Assembly: GCA_030704615.1 (NCBI GenBank)
Contig: CM060731.1
Location: 29,574,001 to 29,638,000, forward strand
DNA: 64,000 bases
Direction: 5' to 3'
From: Takakia lepidozioides
Taxonomy: Eukaryota; Plantae; Bryophyta
Shown: positions 1 through 12,747 of the stretch, piece by piece
Position numbering within the stretch: position 1 is the first letter of the stretch
Layout of the letters: each line of letters begins with the position of its first letter
Notes under the pieces: generated by a model
Databases searched by the model: none
The model's input: only the letters and a program-made list of their open reading frames with translations
What the model was told of the DNA's origin: nothing
Made by a program: the position numbers and the translations under genes

Positions 1-300
1 AGTATGTCCGGGCATAGTCGAGCGGGGCATGAGCATAGTGATCGGGTACATATGCATGGTAGTAGCCACGGTGGTACTGTGTGGTCGGGTGGCCGTCCCT
101 GGTAGGTGCCTGCATTCATGAGTGAGAACCAACGGGTTTTAGCACGTTTTAGAAAGAGCTTGTGGAGGTGCCAGACTGCTTGGTTATGACGCGTGATATG
201 CAAGCCATGTATAACTGGGTGTGTACATTGGTTGAGGAGATGTGGCCAAGTGTCACGAGCTTGGTGGGTGGTTGCACATAACGGGCAGTATGGAGATGGG
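1..300 (-). pseudogene. LINE C-terminal CCHC zinc knuckle and start of restriction-like endonuclease (RLE)
   Basis: YCPLCATTHQARDTWPHLLNQC...ITRHNQAV, then ...PARLCPDIL (RxPD-type RLE motif) at nt 1-30. Confidence 0.7.
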
Positions 301-659
301 AACAAATGTGGCCAGAAGATGTGTTTGCGCTGGTGGCCCATGTATTGGGCATATCGGAATTTGAGCGTTTGTCGGATTTGTGCGTCGGTGGTGGCTTTGG
401 TTAGCCAGAAATGATTGGAGAGTTTATGGTGGAATATTTTGGATTGAGTCCATTTTTGGATGTGTACTTTGATATGGCTGATGGAGGCTGCCGCTTGTTT
501 ATTTGCTTCTCTGGTCAGAGTGGTCAGGAGGTTTCGGATTGGTCTGGGTGCAGGGGGGTCCGGAACGGGGTGTATGAACCAGAAGGGATAGGTGTGGGCA
601 ATGTGAATAGGGTCGTTCAAGGGTTCAACTATGGGTTGGGAGGCGCCGAGTTGGGCGAG

Positions 660-1020
660 TAGGTTTGCTTTTTCATTACCATGGATGCCAGTATGCAAAC
701 GGACTTTGAGTATATGGACTGGGTGGCCTAGGGAGATGGCCCTCTGGACAATAGCGGCAATGAGGTTGCGGTCGGGGTGATGATGATGGGCAGAGGGGTG
801 GGAGATGTGGTTACGAATGAGGAATAGAGAGGTAAGGCTATCGGTGAAGATGTAGTGTGGGGGGGTATCAAGTAGAGAGAGGGCGTCATAAATGGCCATG
901 AGTTCAGCCCGGAGGATAGTGGCAGGGCCAGGGAGCCTGAGGGCAACGCCTTGACTGGTGCCGGCGTGATAGATTCCATACCCTGCGTTGGGTTTAGTGA
1001 GGGATCCGTCGATGTAATGT
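660..1020 (-). pseudogene. LINE RNase H domain
   Basis: Manual translation: HYIDGS..NAGYGIY..TILRAELMAI..YIFTDSL..KVRLHTGIHGNEKAN. Confidence 0.9.
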
Positions 1021-1449
1021 GAATTGGCCAGTGGGTATTTGGGGATGGTGTTTTGGTGATATATTGCAGGGATTGGGGGTAGAGGTGTTGTTGGCGCGAC
1101 CTGGGAAGGACGTGGTGTCGCAATGTTCCAAGCTTTGTTGGTTTTGATCCGGGACAATGTGGTGGGTGTATGGGTGTGGGAGAGGATGGTTGGATAATGG
1201 ATGGTGGCCTTTATTTTATGAGTGATGGTGAGCAATTGTTCGAGCTGAGAAAAGAAAGATGGCGGTATGGCTGTATGACGGGGGTTTTGGATGTGTAGAA
1301 TCAGGGTTAGGGTGGGTTCCTTGGACCGTTTGAGATATTTGGGAAGAGCAGGGGTGTGAATATACTTAAGCTGGTTTGGGTCAATTGTGACGAGTAGATT
1401 GACCCCTTCTGGGAGTTGTAGAAGAGGGTGAGAGATATTAGGAGTGTTT

Positions 1450-1740
1450 TGTTGTGTGAGGATGAGGATTGTGGATGCAGTAGGAGAGGAGTGCGCAACA
1501 AGTTTTGCCCATTGAAGAGCTTCGTGGGAAGGAGAACCAGGTGGAGGGTGGGCTAGGCCCTGGCCTTCCCAGGTGTGCTGGGTGGCAGTACCAGTGGCTC
1601 CAAAGATACAGTCTCTGTGGTGCGGGCTAGAGAATGTGGGCAATGCCATAGGGCATGTCAGTGGGTTGGAGTAATATGAGTGAGTAAGCTGGTATGAATT
1701 GATAAGTAGGGAGAGAATATCTTGGGATATAGTATGGTGC
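1450..1740 (-). pseudogene. PCIF1/CAPAM-like adenine methyltransferase-fold domain inside the LINE ORF
   Basis: SYYSNPLTC..FSSPHHRDCIFGATG..WEGQGLAHPPP..HSSPTASTILIL is collinear with PCIF1 FASPLNC..YCS..D.YFGSRG..GSFEANPPF..SSPEPLSFIVFI (PCIF1 recalled from memory). Confidence 0.6.
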
Positions 1741-2204
1741 GCACACGTTGTTTCCAATTTAGTGAGGGACCGCGGTTTCTTGGGGGGAGTGTCTTTGAGG
1801 TAGCGATCAACCAGCCAATATAATTCAGTAGCAAAGTCTTGTTTCGGGGGTTGTAGCGATTGTGGGGATGAGGTAGTAGTAGAGTATTTCTCCCAGAGCC
1901 ACGTTAGTCTTGTATTGGGATGAGGCCAATGAAGCGGCCATGTTGAGCGTAAATGTTGGAAAGGCGGGGGCCCATGTGGATTAGAGGTTGATCATGCTTG
2001 ACATCTTTGTCAGGATTACATTCAGTTATGCAGATGTGCACGTTGGGGCATAGAGTGGTTGGTGTATATATTTGTTATCTTTAGGTTGGGCGGGAGTGGT
2101 GTGTTGTTGGTGCATGTGTGTTAGATAGTTGGTGTTGGTTTGTTTATGGAAGGTGGTGAGGAGGGCAAGATTGTGTTCGGGGTCGCAATCGTCATGTAGG
2201 CCGA

Positions 2205-2350
2205 AGAGGCCGTCTTCTATCTGCCATGTGTTGTCTGTGGAAGAGTACCCAGCCCATTGACAGTGATAGTATGTATCAATGCAGGTGGCTCCAAAGGCAT
2301 CAATGGACGTTTGGGTTTTAACTCCTAGTATAGCTTCAATGATGTAAGCA
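2205..2350 (-). CDS. Chromodomain within the LINE ORF (part of ORF 2026-3612)
   Basis: AYIIEAILGVK...YYHCQWAGYSSTDNTWQIEDGL matches the chromodomain pattern Y.[VI]E.IL...Y..[KQ]W.GY....TW..E..L. Confidence 0.8.
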
Positions 2351-3449
2351 TTGTTATTGTCGTCGTATTGTGGTGAGGGTGGGGGGGATGGTGCGGTGGT
2401 TAGGGGGGTCTGGGATCCTTGCCTAGTAGGTGAGGGATTGGATGGCGTATGCAAGTGACGGATAGGTTCAGGGTGTTGTGTGTTAGTTACTTGAGAGGGG
2501 AAATCAGATTCTATGTCTGTTTGGGTATTGGTGGCATATGCCGTTTTGAATGTTTGATAGATGGAGGTAGTAGGGATAGAACGGTACTGGGGGAGCAGGT
2601 CTTGAGCCGTATGCGGATAGTAGAGGCATGGGAGGTCACATTGTAGAGTGCAGGCGGTCAAGGGATGGCAGAAGAGGGTACGAAGATGATGTAGGTAGCG
2701 ATTGGTTTTGGTCGTGGCTCGGGAGAATTTAAGAGTGAATTCGCTAGGTTTTAAAAGTCTATGGCCTGTGGCGGTAGTAAGTTGGGTGAGGGTGGTGATG
2801 TGTCGTTCTTTGAAATATGTGAGGATGAGGACCTTTTGTTTGGGATAAGAAATGTCAAATTGTGGTAGAGAAAGGCTTGTAAACCATGCGCGTTCTAAGG
2901 GTGATGAGGTGTTAGGATAGTCAGGCATATCAGTTTGTATGCTAATTTTCATTTGGCGTAGGGTGAGTAGTGTGCGTGCAGTGGGGGAGTGTAGGCAGGC
3001 TTGTGGGTGCAGGGATGATAATGAGTATAGGCCATTGTATTTAGATGCAAGGTATTTGAGAAGTCCCTGATAAATTATACCTAGACGCCCAGGATCGTTG
3101 AGTGCTTCTTTTAATTGGGTGCCTAATGTGCGAGCATATGAGATGATTAATGGGCTCAAACCAATGTCGTAGTGGTCCGTAGGTAGTTGTGTGAGGGCAT
3201 TGGGGGTGCTAGTTGGTAGATCGCATACACGTTTTGTTAGCTGGATAATACTTTTATCAAGTTTTTTGATGTCTGATAAGGAGAAGGGTGCGGCATGGAA
3301 TGGGTATTGAATTTGTGTTTGTAGTACTGATTGAATGATTGATAGTTTTGGTCGAATGACAATTGGGGATTTGAGCAGGGCAATACTTTTGGTAGTGAGT
3401 TTGGTTGATGTAGATTCTTTTTGGATATGCCAAGTAAGGGAGGGAACGA

Positions 3450-4400
3450 GTTGTATGCCTAAGTAATTGTATGGCTCGTCTGGTCCTAGGAAGGGGAAGG
3501 GTGTGTTTTGGTAGTGTACATAGAGTTTACAATGTGAGGCTATGGCAGTTTTGGTGAGCCGACTATGATGTGTGGCGGCTGTGATGGCGCACTTGTGTAA
3601 GCTGAGTTCCATGCCTGACCATAGGTTGAATCTGAGTAGTTTATTAACTTGTCGGTTGAGGTGTTGTGGTTTATGTGCCAGGATGGCTAGGTCGTCTGCA
3701 TATGCTGCAGCTGAGATGTCACTTGAGGAGGTTTTGTAGTGATAGCCCAGCTTGCCTTGAGCTAGCCATCGAAGTAGGGGTTCTAGGAAGATAATGAATA
3801 GGTAGGGGCTTAAGGTGTCACCCTGGATAGTTCCACGAAGGATGAGGATAGGTGGGGTGGAGCCATAGTATGTGCCAAAGTATTCAGTAGTGCTGTTTGT
3901 GTAGATGTTTCATATTAGTTGGACGGCATCAGTGGGGTACCCAAGATCAAGCATGATAGCAAGTAATCTGGCATGGTCTAGGGAGCCGAAGACATTTTTA
4001 AAATCGATATATAGAAGATAGATGTCTTGCTTTGTAAGTTTAGCATCTTCAAGTGCGGAGAGAAAATATTGTATTTGTCGTGTTGTACTACGTGTAGCTC
4101 GGAATCCTTCTTGGGGGTCACTGAGAATTTGGTGTTGCTTGCCATATCTTGATAGCATTGTGGTGAACATACTGGTGAATAGCTTGTATATGGTGTTGGC
4201 CAGTGTTATGGGTCAGTAATTACTGAAATCTGTAGGATCGCCTTTTTTGAAGAGTAGAATGGTCCGGCTGTGTTTCCAGGAGTGTGGGATTCGTTTTAGT
4301 TTGTAATAGAGTTGAAAAAATTTAAAAAGGAGGTAGTGAAGTTGAGGGTTTAATGCTTGAAATATAGCATTGGGTATAAGATCGGGGCCCGGGGCTTTAG
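3450..4400 (-). pseudogene. LINE reverse transcriptase
   Basis: APGPD; PITLANTIYK; QEGFR; YIDFKNVFGSLDH; GTIQGDTLSPYLF; AAYADDL (~3690-3710); YNYLG. Contains stops and frameshifts. Confidence 0.95.
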
Positions 4401-5384
4401 ATTTTGATAGTTTTTTGAGACATGATTCGTAAAGATCAATTGTGAATAGGTCTATGATGCGATCCGTGGGGGATCCTCTATTGTCAATCTAGAAGCCATC
4501 TATATCATGCCACGGATAGTGTTTAGCTTTACACATGCAATTGGCAGAGTGGAGACGGGGATGTAAGCAGTTTGGAACTGCAGGTGTGTATGTTGAGGAT
4601 GCTTGTGACCATATTTCTTGGTTGATGTCCGCTGGATTGGTTAGCAAGTGGCATTGTCTGTGTTTGAGACAGTCAATGGGTGGGTTGAGGGCAGGGCTAA
4701 AGATGGCTTTGTGAGCTGTTTTGGGGTGGTCGCGTAGCAATTGGTTAAAAGAGGAGACGATTTTTTGTGTGATTGTTGACGGCTTTTTGTTTGGTAATAT
4801 TGTAAGCGGCTTTTTTGGCATCTCTGCCAACTTTGGAGAGAGCAGTTGTCCATTTTGGAATATCTTGGGGATTGACAGGTGGTGGCATTAGTGCTTGACA
4901 CGTTGTTAAGGTATTTAGGCAGGTGATACGTGGATCCGATGTCCAGTTGTTCCCCTGGTGAATGGGGGTAGTGGTGGGTATAATAGCGAGGGCACGCCTC
5001 ATCGTGTGGTATGTGTTAAGATGTGATGTCCATATACGTTTTTGAGTCCGAGTAAGGTAGCCACCATTTTGTTTTGAGCGTGGAGTTTGTGGGATTTCAG
5101 GGGGGGCAGAGCAGGTGACAATCACACTTTTGGTCATTTCTTGTATTGAAGTTGTGAGTATGGTCTCGGCGTCATTCCATGCTTTGTCAGGGGACTGCGC
5201 GAGGTTTGCTTCGGAGAGTATATCAGAGAGTCTTAGCATGCGGTGTAAGGATGTTGGTTGGAAGTGTTTTAGAAAGACGATTATATTATTGTGGGGAAGT
5301 GGGGATAAGATTCTAGATTGCGGCGGTGGAACATGTATGGATGGGATAGGTCGAAAGGGGATGATGGATACTGGGATGGTGACT

Positions 5385-6135
5385 GAGACGGGATAATGGT
5401 CTGAGTTGCATAAACTATTAATGTGTATATGAGTATGAGGGGATGTCATTTTGTGTCTTGAAGTAGAAACCATCAAGAAGACTGAGGGATGAGTAGTTAA
5501 GTCCACCTTGTCTAGAGTAATGGTGATCGGCCGGTATATAACAGAGGTGGTGTGAGTGAGTGAATTTTGCCCATTTATGGTCAACGGGGAATGAAGGTTT
5601 GTGAACACCATTGTATGTGTGGCCCATGAGGGCAACGTCCCTGTTGAAATCGCCTGCTAGGATGTAGTGCTGGGATTGGTTGGAGGGTTGTGTGAGTATG
5701 TTAGAGATGGTGAGTAGGATATCAGGGATCAGGGGGAGATCTTCGGCATGTGAGGGCATGTACAAGTGGATAAGGATAATGAGAGGGATAGCGGGGAGGT
5801 GTAGCTTGATGATTTGGAGAGAGCAACAGGTATTTTGATCGTGGTGCTAGGGGAATGATGTGTACGAAGGATACCAAAAGCCAGTCCGCCCCAAGTGCGA
5901 TGATATGGCGCGGAGCGTCTAAGTAGGCATTGTACGGCTGTGAAGGAACTGCCATATAGCAAATAGTATGCTGGGAGGAGATTGTTGATGTAGGAGCTGT
6001 TAGGGCCGTGTGTGTTGAGTTTAGTTTCTTGTAATAGAATGATATGCGAGGGTGTAGAGTCCGTTAGATGGATAAGGCTTTGAATGCTAGTAGCAAGTGA
6101 CCCTACATTCCAGGTGAGTATGTTGAGTGCGTGTG
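5385..6135 (-). pseudogene. LINE apurinic-like endonuclease (APE)
   Basis: LNILTWNVGSL; IILLQETKL; YILAGDFNRD; SLLDGF; NSDHYPV, spread over frameshifted ORFs. Confidence 0.92.
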
Positions 6136-6848
6136 CTTGCTGGGAGGAGGGGGCATGTGGGGGACTGTTGGGTCTAGGGGGTGTTGGAGATTCATTGGTG
6201 TGGCTGGGCAAGCAAGGTGTGATGACTGGTGGCAGTATCATGGGAGGGGGTTGATATCCAGGGATACTTGGTGTGGAGGGTTGCAGTGAGAATATTTTTG
6301 GAAAGGAATGGGAATTTGTTGGTGAGAGTATCTAGCTCGTGTATGGTAACAGCTGGGTGCGCTAGGTGTTCGCCAAGAATCTTGTGAACTACTCCGGGCT
6401 TGGCTTGTAGTAGGTCAAGGGATTCGTGGAGATTGTGTAGGTAGTGTGGGGGTGCTAGGTATCTGTGAGGTAGTGTGGGTAACTCATGCAGTTGTTGTAG
6501 TAGCAAACGTATGTGTATGTCTGGTTGGGTTCTAAAGTAGTCATTGCATATTGAGGGGATTGGAAAGATGACAATGTTTAGTGAGAGTAGTAGGTGTTGT
6601 GGGGAGTATGTGCAAAGTTTATGGGTGGCAGTGACTAGGGATGGGTGTTCGCAGGTAGGGAGCCCAAAGGTTGCAATTGGGTGCATGGGTTTATGGTTAT
6701 TGGTAGGAGGGTTAGGAAGAAAGGGAGAGAAGTGGTCACTAAGGTGTTGATATGTATGCACGAGCGTGACAGTGTCTGTTTGGAAATATAATTCATATCT
6801 GTCTTTATGATCCTTTGAAAGTTTGTTGATGATGCTAGTGATGGTATA

Positions 6849-6887
6849 GGGGCCTGGGTTTGGGTGAATGTCGCCGCAGCGAAGTAG
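6849..6887 (-). other. 2A-like (ribosome stop-go) motif upstream of APE
   Basis: LLRCGDIHPNPGP; a variant of the GDxExNPGP consensus with H in place of E. Confidence 0.7.
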
Positions 6888-7949
6888 TGTAAGCGTTTCA
6901 TAGGCAAGTAGATAGGACGACTTGGGATGGTGGATGGTGAGAGGAGTGTTTGGATGCAAGGGGTCTCTGGTGATATCGTCCATGTGGGCAGTGGGTTATA
7001 AGTTGGATTTTGAGAGGGTGAGGGGTGGGGGTGCGTGGGGAGTTGTGGAGAAAGTGTATGAGGGGGGTAGAGTTGGTGTTAGCATAGTGGGTACTAGTGG
7101 AGCTAGTTGCTTGTGTGTGTGTGGGGGAAGGTATTGCATGTGGGTTACCATGTCTGGGGGTCATGAAGGAGGTTTGTTGTACATGAGCTCTCATGATGGG
7201 GGTAAAAAATTAATATGGGTGTATGGTGAACACCCTTGCCTCTCAGTGATCAAGTATCATTTGTTCCTGCAGTATGAGGGCACGGGTATCAGCAACCAGG
7301 ACGGCAGCGATGGAACAACTAAGGCAATGATGGAGGAACAGATGTTGGAATCAATTCTAAGTCTGCAACTCCTTGGGGTACATGGTACTGTTCCTGGTAC
7401 ATTGGAAACTGAGCAAGGAGAACTCAGGGTGGTGAATTCAAATCCTGAGGATGAAGAAGGAGGGACAGAGCAAAGCAACTGCCCAAGGTTGAACCTATCT
7501 GAGCAGGAAATAACTATGAAAAAAAAAGGGACAACGTGGACGTTGTCACTTAAAAAAAGTGAGCCACACCACATATGTAGTGTGAATATGTGGTTATTTT
7601 GCAGCTGTTCGATGGGCTAAGTACTTAAGATTTTACAACATTTAAGTAGTTGGATGAATAGCAATGATGGATGAATTATGACTCATTGGATGAAGACATC
7701 CATCCGCCAAACATCCATGTGCCCTAGATCGGAGGGATTGATGTCAATGTTGTTGTTGCTATATTACCTGAAAGCTTGCTCATGTATCTTCTGCCGTTTT
7801 CGGGCTGGATGGCAATTGAAGGTGGGTGACCAAGTCCAACTAAACCAGTGTATGCATCTTCTGCTCAGGCATTTGGAAGTCTACTTAGACTTTGCAGCTT
7901 TGTGCATTTTTGTAACAGCACCGGATTAGATTATGGAACGGATCTCTGA

Positions 7950-8728
7950 ACATTAAGTCACGTTGTATTTGAATCGATGTTCCAATTTCAAATGTGCTTT
8001 TATGTTTCAATGGTGTTTTCGTATGCTTTCAATGGTGCTTTCGTGTTTCAATGCTACGGTCATGTACACGACTACCTCCCATCCACAGAGCCTCCGCCAC
8101 GTGCCACTTTCACCCCTCGTATTCGCCCATACTCGTGCCACGTGCAGTATCCAGAGTGCACCATGGAAGTCATATGTTCCAGTCATAACGATCACCCCAC
8201 CCCCACCCTACATAATTTGACTCCATGTGTGGACCTGGGATTAAACGTCCGAAGTCATATATGTCAGTCACGAAAGACCCTCCCGCTCCATATTGTCATG
8301 CCACGTGTCATGTCCAGTCTAATCCACGTGTTGTCTTGGGGTTAATCTGTAGAAGTCACCCTGTCATGCCACGTGTCGTTCCCGATATTCTCCATGTGCT
8401 GTCCTGGGGTTAATCCGCGGAAGTCGTATATGCCAGTCGTGAAGACCCTGTCGCCTTCCCTTTGATGTGACACGTGACATATCCCTTTCGTTCCACGTGA
8501 AGCTGACATGGATTTGCAGTCATTTACTACGGTCTTATCAATGACTATGATTAGGCGTCCATGTTGCCACGTCAACAGTGAGCTCCACAACTGGCTGATA
8601 CGACTCTATGGCGCTTACGACTCATTTGTCACAACTGACTGGGTTTATCTGACTGGGCAGTCATGCAGTCATAAAAGGCTGATACGACTGGAAAATAGCA
8701 GACGTAAAAGCCGGGATCTGTTGTAGTG
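7950..8728. mobile_element. Right end of a CACTA/EnSpm element with subterminal repeats
   Basis: Ends ...CGTAAAAGCCGGGATCTGTTGTAGTG (reverse complement CACTACAACAG...). Repeated GCCACGTG/GAAGTCATAT units at 8090-8480. Similar TIR at 30100-30851. Confidence 0.8.
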
Positions 8729-11700
8729 ATTGTATAATTGAGTTTTCACATGTTGGATTCGAAGAAGCGATACATACATATAATTCGAGAAACATGGGCC
8801 CACCTCCAAAAGACTTTATTGGTTACATCGGCTTTAGCCAGAGTCCGCTATCTCTCTCACACACACACAAACATGGTGGAAGCGCACTTGCAACGGTAAC
8901 TAAATTTATGCCAAGAGTTTTTGGAGACAAAACACCTAGTACGACACCACAATATGATGGAATGTTAAGATTTATTATTATTATAACAATAATATTAAGA
9001 TGTATATTAAGCAAGAATCTTTCGTCTTCCGTTCTATTTTGCTACAAAGATATCCCAAAGATTTAGAGTACAATGTCCCATACATAAGATAATTTTCTAG
9101 CATAAGTCTAGAGAGTGTAGTAGAATTTGAGAGAGAAAGAACAAATATGATACACTCATCTGTGCATACTAAACTAATAATAACAATTGCTTTAAGTTTT
9201 GATTGTTTGCATGAGACTTTAAGAAGAAAAAAATTGTGTAATCTTATCAAATGTTATATTACTGGCAAAATCGTACTTTTTTTTTTTTTAAATGATGAAA
9301 TTTGAAATTGTTGGTTTTCCTACAATCATTGTGGTAGATACTTAACCCGTAATTTCCTACGCAACCCATTTCGGGTCGTGCAGTTTGGAGGAACCATCCT
9401 AACTTTTGCAGATGACATTCATTCCTTTTGGGCATTCATAGTGCATGTGGTGGCACACGTGTTCCAATTGCTTGCATATCGTTTGGAGCAGGCATGCGAC
9501 CTCCACATTTTTCTAAAGGGACAGGGGTCAGAAATTTGTTGGGTGGAGGGGAGTTGATTGGAAAGTTGAAACACTTCATTGGGCCACATCCGTCCCCCAA
9601 AACTGCAAGGGTGTGTACGCTGCACACATCCATATCTCGTGCGATGTGTACTTTAGCTCCTACTTAGGGCAAGTTTCAAAGTTGTGGGTAAAGGATAGTC
9701 TGACCCTTTTGTTTGTTGCTTGAAGTGTCTACTGGAGTAACCCATTCTCTGGCCAGTGACTTCAATCTATTTGAATTTTGATTTTTTTCGATAGATCCTA
9801 ACAAAATTGATTGTACCTACTGCTTATGGGTATGTGCAATATGGTTTTTAGGATGGCATGTTTTGGACGAAAGCTTCAGGTCTGATTGTGCTTCTTAGGG
9901 ATGGTAATTATGTCAACCCTCACCAGAACACATGCAAAGCAGCATAAAATGTTGGTTTGATGAGAAATTTGGCATACACTTAGCCTTTGTACCATACATT
10001 ATGAAAGTTTGGGATACCCTTTTGGAAAATTCAAAAACATCCCTCAACATGCTTGGTCAACGCAAATAAACACTTTTTCCAAACCAAACAAAACAAAACA
10101 AAATGCTAAAAAAAAACACTATAATCTCTCAAATTCAACGGTGAATTTTCCTAAAATTTGGAGAGATGGTGTAGAGGCCAGGTAGGTATGTACGTGTATG
10201 GTCAATTTTTGTGAATGAATGTTGGTAGGTGGGCAGTCCCACCTTTCTTCTAAGGGGTAGTAGTTTTTGGGAGTGACAAAACGTACATGGTGAGAAGTTA
10301 AGGGTTAAACTTGGTCATAACATTGTGTTTTGAACTAAATGCATGGCGTTATTTTTATCATATATTAGCAAGTAAAAAAATCCGGTGAAGCTAATTTCAG
10401 GCTATTATGACCTGCCAACCTTTTTGTCCTAGTTGATGGTTGTTCAATAAAACAAAAACAAAAACAAACTTTCTATATATGTAATAAGTCCAATAGTATA
10501 CAATAATAGTTTATTGAGAGTATATATCTCGTCTTCTCCCATCCCATCTATTGTTATTGTCTCTTCATTTGCTTTGAGAAACAAAAGACCTCATTCACTT
10601 GAGATTTTGCCCCGAAAGCATGGAGCGCCTCAATGGAATTATATGGATATTGGTTGTGGTAGCTTTTGTCATTGCACTCCACATCGAGTATGCCACGGCT
10701 ATCAAAGTCCGATCTACCTCTAGACGGAGTCTCATTACATGTCCTGCCTCGAAGTAGATTCAACACCAAGATGAGGTGCTTATTGCTCACAAAGGAGACC
10801 CAATATACACAAATATGATTATCCCTATTGAATGTAAAGTAGATGATCCTCCTGAAACTTGCAACTGTTGAGAATGCAACAATCAGAATAATATTTCCTA
10901 GATCGGACTTGTGCCGAATCATGGTTTCAACAAGTGTATTTCTCAAATTTTAGAGCATGCAATTATATTCAATAATTAGTTTATGCATGAGTAACAAAGT
11001 TTGATTGATAGCTTACAAAGTACAACCAACTCAGCTTATATGGGGTTTCTCACCTCTTCACGCATGTTATAAGAATTTTATTAAAAAAATTGTTAATTTT
11101 TATTTGCAAGTCTCTCGTGATGGCAGTCGAGTATTTAGTGACCACTGTCATATCTATGAAGTTTGGAACACATGCATGGGAAAGGTGTTAGTGGGCTCGA
11201 GTGTTCTTCATTTATTAAGTGTCTATAGTCATGCATACTTCCCTGCAATATAATTTTCCTTTCTCAGCCCATCTTTGTGGGTTCTAACTAGGATGACATA
11301 CTGTAGGCGGATGTTTTGTTCAAGAAACAGGGGCAACTGTTTAGCAATACATGTGGCAAATTGGAAAACATCAAACATAGAGAATTCCATCTTAGATCCA
11401 ATTGAATTGAGGTATTGGGATACAATTGAATAAGAATCATGTCAAATAAGGTATATTTTGTGCAGAATAAATGACTAATAACGTAATTAAGGCTTCACGG
11501 CCAATACAATTTAAAAAAGATTATACTAAAAACCAATTAAGTGGCAACATGTTCTTTACGAATAACCACTTTGGATGTATCATGTGATACGCGTCAACAG
11601 CTGCAATTCCAGAACACGGTCGACTATCAAAATATTGCAAATCCATCTACATATATTGCCTTGCCTTCACAGCGCATCAAATCCTAATACTTCACCCAAA

Positions 11701-11918
11701 GAGGCCTTGAAGCTTCAGCTTCAAAAACAAAGATTAAACAAAATTTTCATACGGAGAGACAAAGTACTCCCGATGCCAGAGCTCTACAAAAACAGAGAAT
11801 CATCCTCAGAGCTATCAAGTAATGTCAACATCAAGAACTACTACACAAGGAAATAAATCAAGACAGAATAAGACTTAGAAGGTTTAAATCACCCAGCCTA
11901 CATCATGAATGATAATGA

Positions 11919-12530
11919 CTACCTACTAGAAATTTTCGAAAGTACTTCACCAGGCAGATCATCTCCATTAAAGCCCGATGATGTTGATGCTTCATCGTTA
12001 GCTCCCCCGTCAACCCTGTCAGCTCCCCAGGTTTTCTTTGTAAGAATATCTCTCAGGAAAAAGATTTGCGTAGAAAACGAGTGTATCATTCCTACCATCC
12101 CCGAGGGTAGTTTCTGCTGGTTGCTGAGGTTGGTGAGCATCTTTAGTAAATCATGTTTCAACGTTGGAGAAAGGAGGAGCCCTGCCGCAGGGTAGTTTCT
12201 GCTGGTTGCTGAGGTTGGTGAGCATCTTTAGTAAATCATGTTTCAACTTTGGAGAAAGGAGGATCCCTGCTGCAGGGTAATCCAGAAGCTCCTGAACTTT
12301 TGGTGCCGATGCCACACCACCTCCGATAACAGAATTCTCTATGAATTTGCCGAAGATGTGGGTAGATGTGTTCCTAGCATCCTTCAAATATAAATCTGTG
12401 AGATACAAGATGAGCTCCTTACGCATCTCATGCCCTAAAGTTGGGTAATCAAAAGATCCAACGTCATACCCTCTTGTAAGGTCCTCAACATAGAGAAATT
12501 ATGCCCAACTCAAACAATAATTGAGAACCT
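11919..12530 (-). pseudogene. Unidentified gene fragment broken by an 85-bp tandem duplication
   Basis: ORFs 12151-12426 and 11919-12161 both contain KHDLLKMLTNLSNQQKLP. Duplicated unit starts at 12104 and 12189. Confidence 0.4.
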
Positions 12531-12747
12531 CCACTTGCTTAACAAATTGTGGGCTCACGGATCAATCCTTCTTTTCTATGTAATGCCAAAGCAAAGCCAT
12601 ATAGGAGATGCACTAAAAAGGCATAGAAAAAGGGTAAAATCTCACATTCTCTCTCCTCAACTTCTCTTTGAGTTTAGGGTGGTGGAGATCTGTTGTCAAT
12701 CTCATCATGAGACTTTCTAAAACATCTGCCACTGCTAGCAGCTTGGG

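Larger units (their letters stand above)
1..7250 (-). mobile_element. Dualen/RandI-like non-LTR retrotransposon (dual endonuclease APE+RLE), decayed; 3' end runs off the window start
   Basis: Minus-strand translation gives, in order: GDIHPNPGP, APE motifs, RT motifs, chromodomain, RNase H, CPLC..H..C..RHN knuckle, and RLCPDIL at the window edge. Frameshifts and stops throughout. 5' boundary approximate. Confidence 0.85.

Noticed and set aside
10554-10946. Possible Ulp1-type protease remnant (IIYFTFNRDNHICVY)
   Set aside because: HW and Q..DCG motifs are absent.
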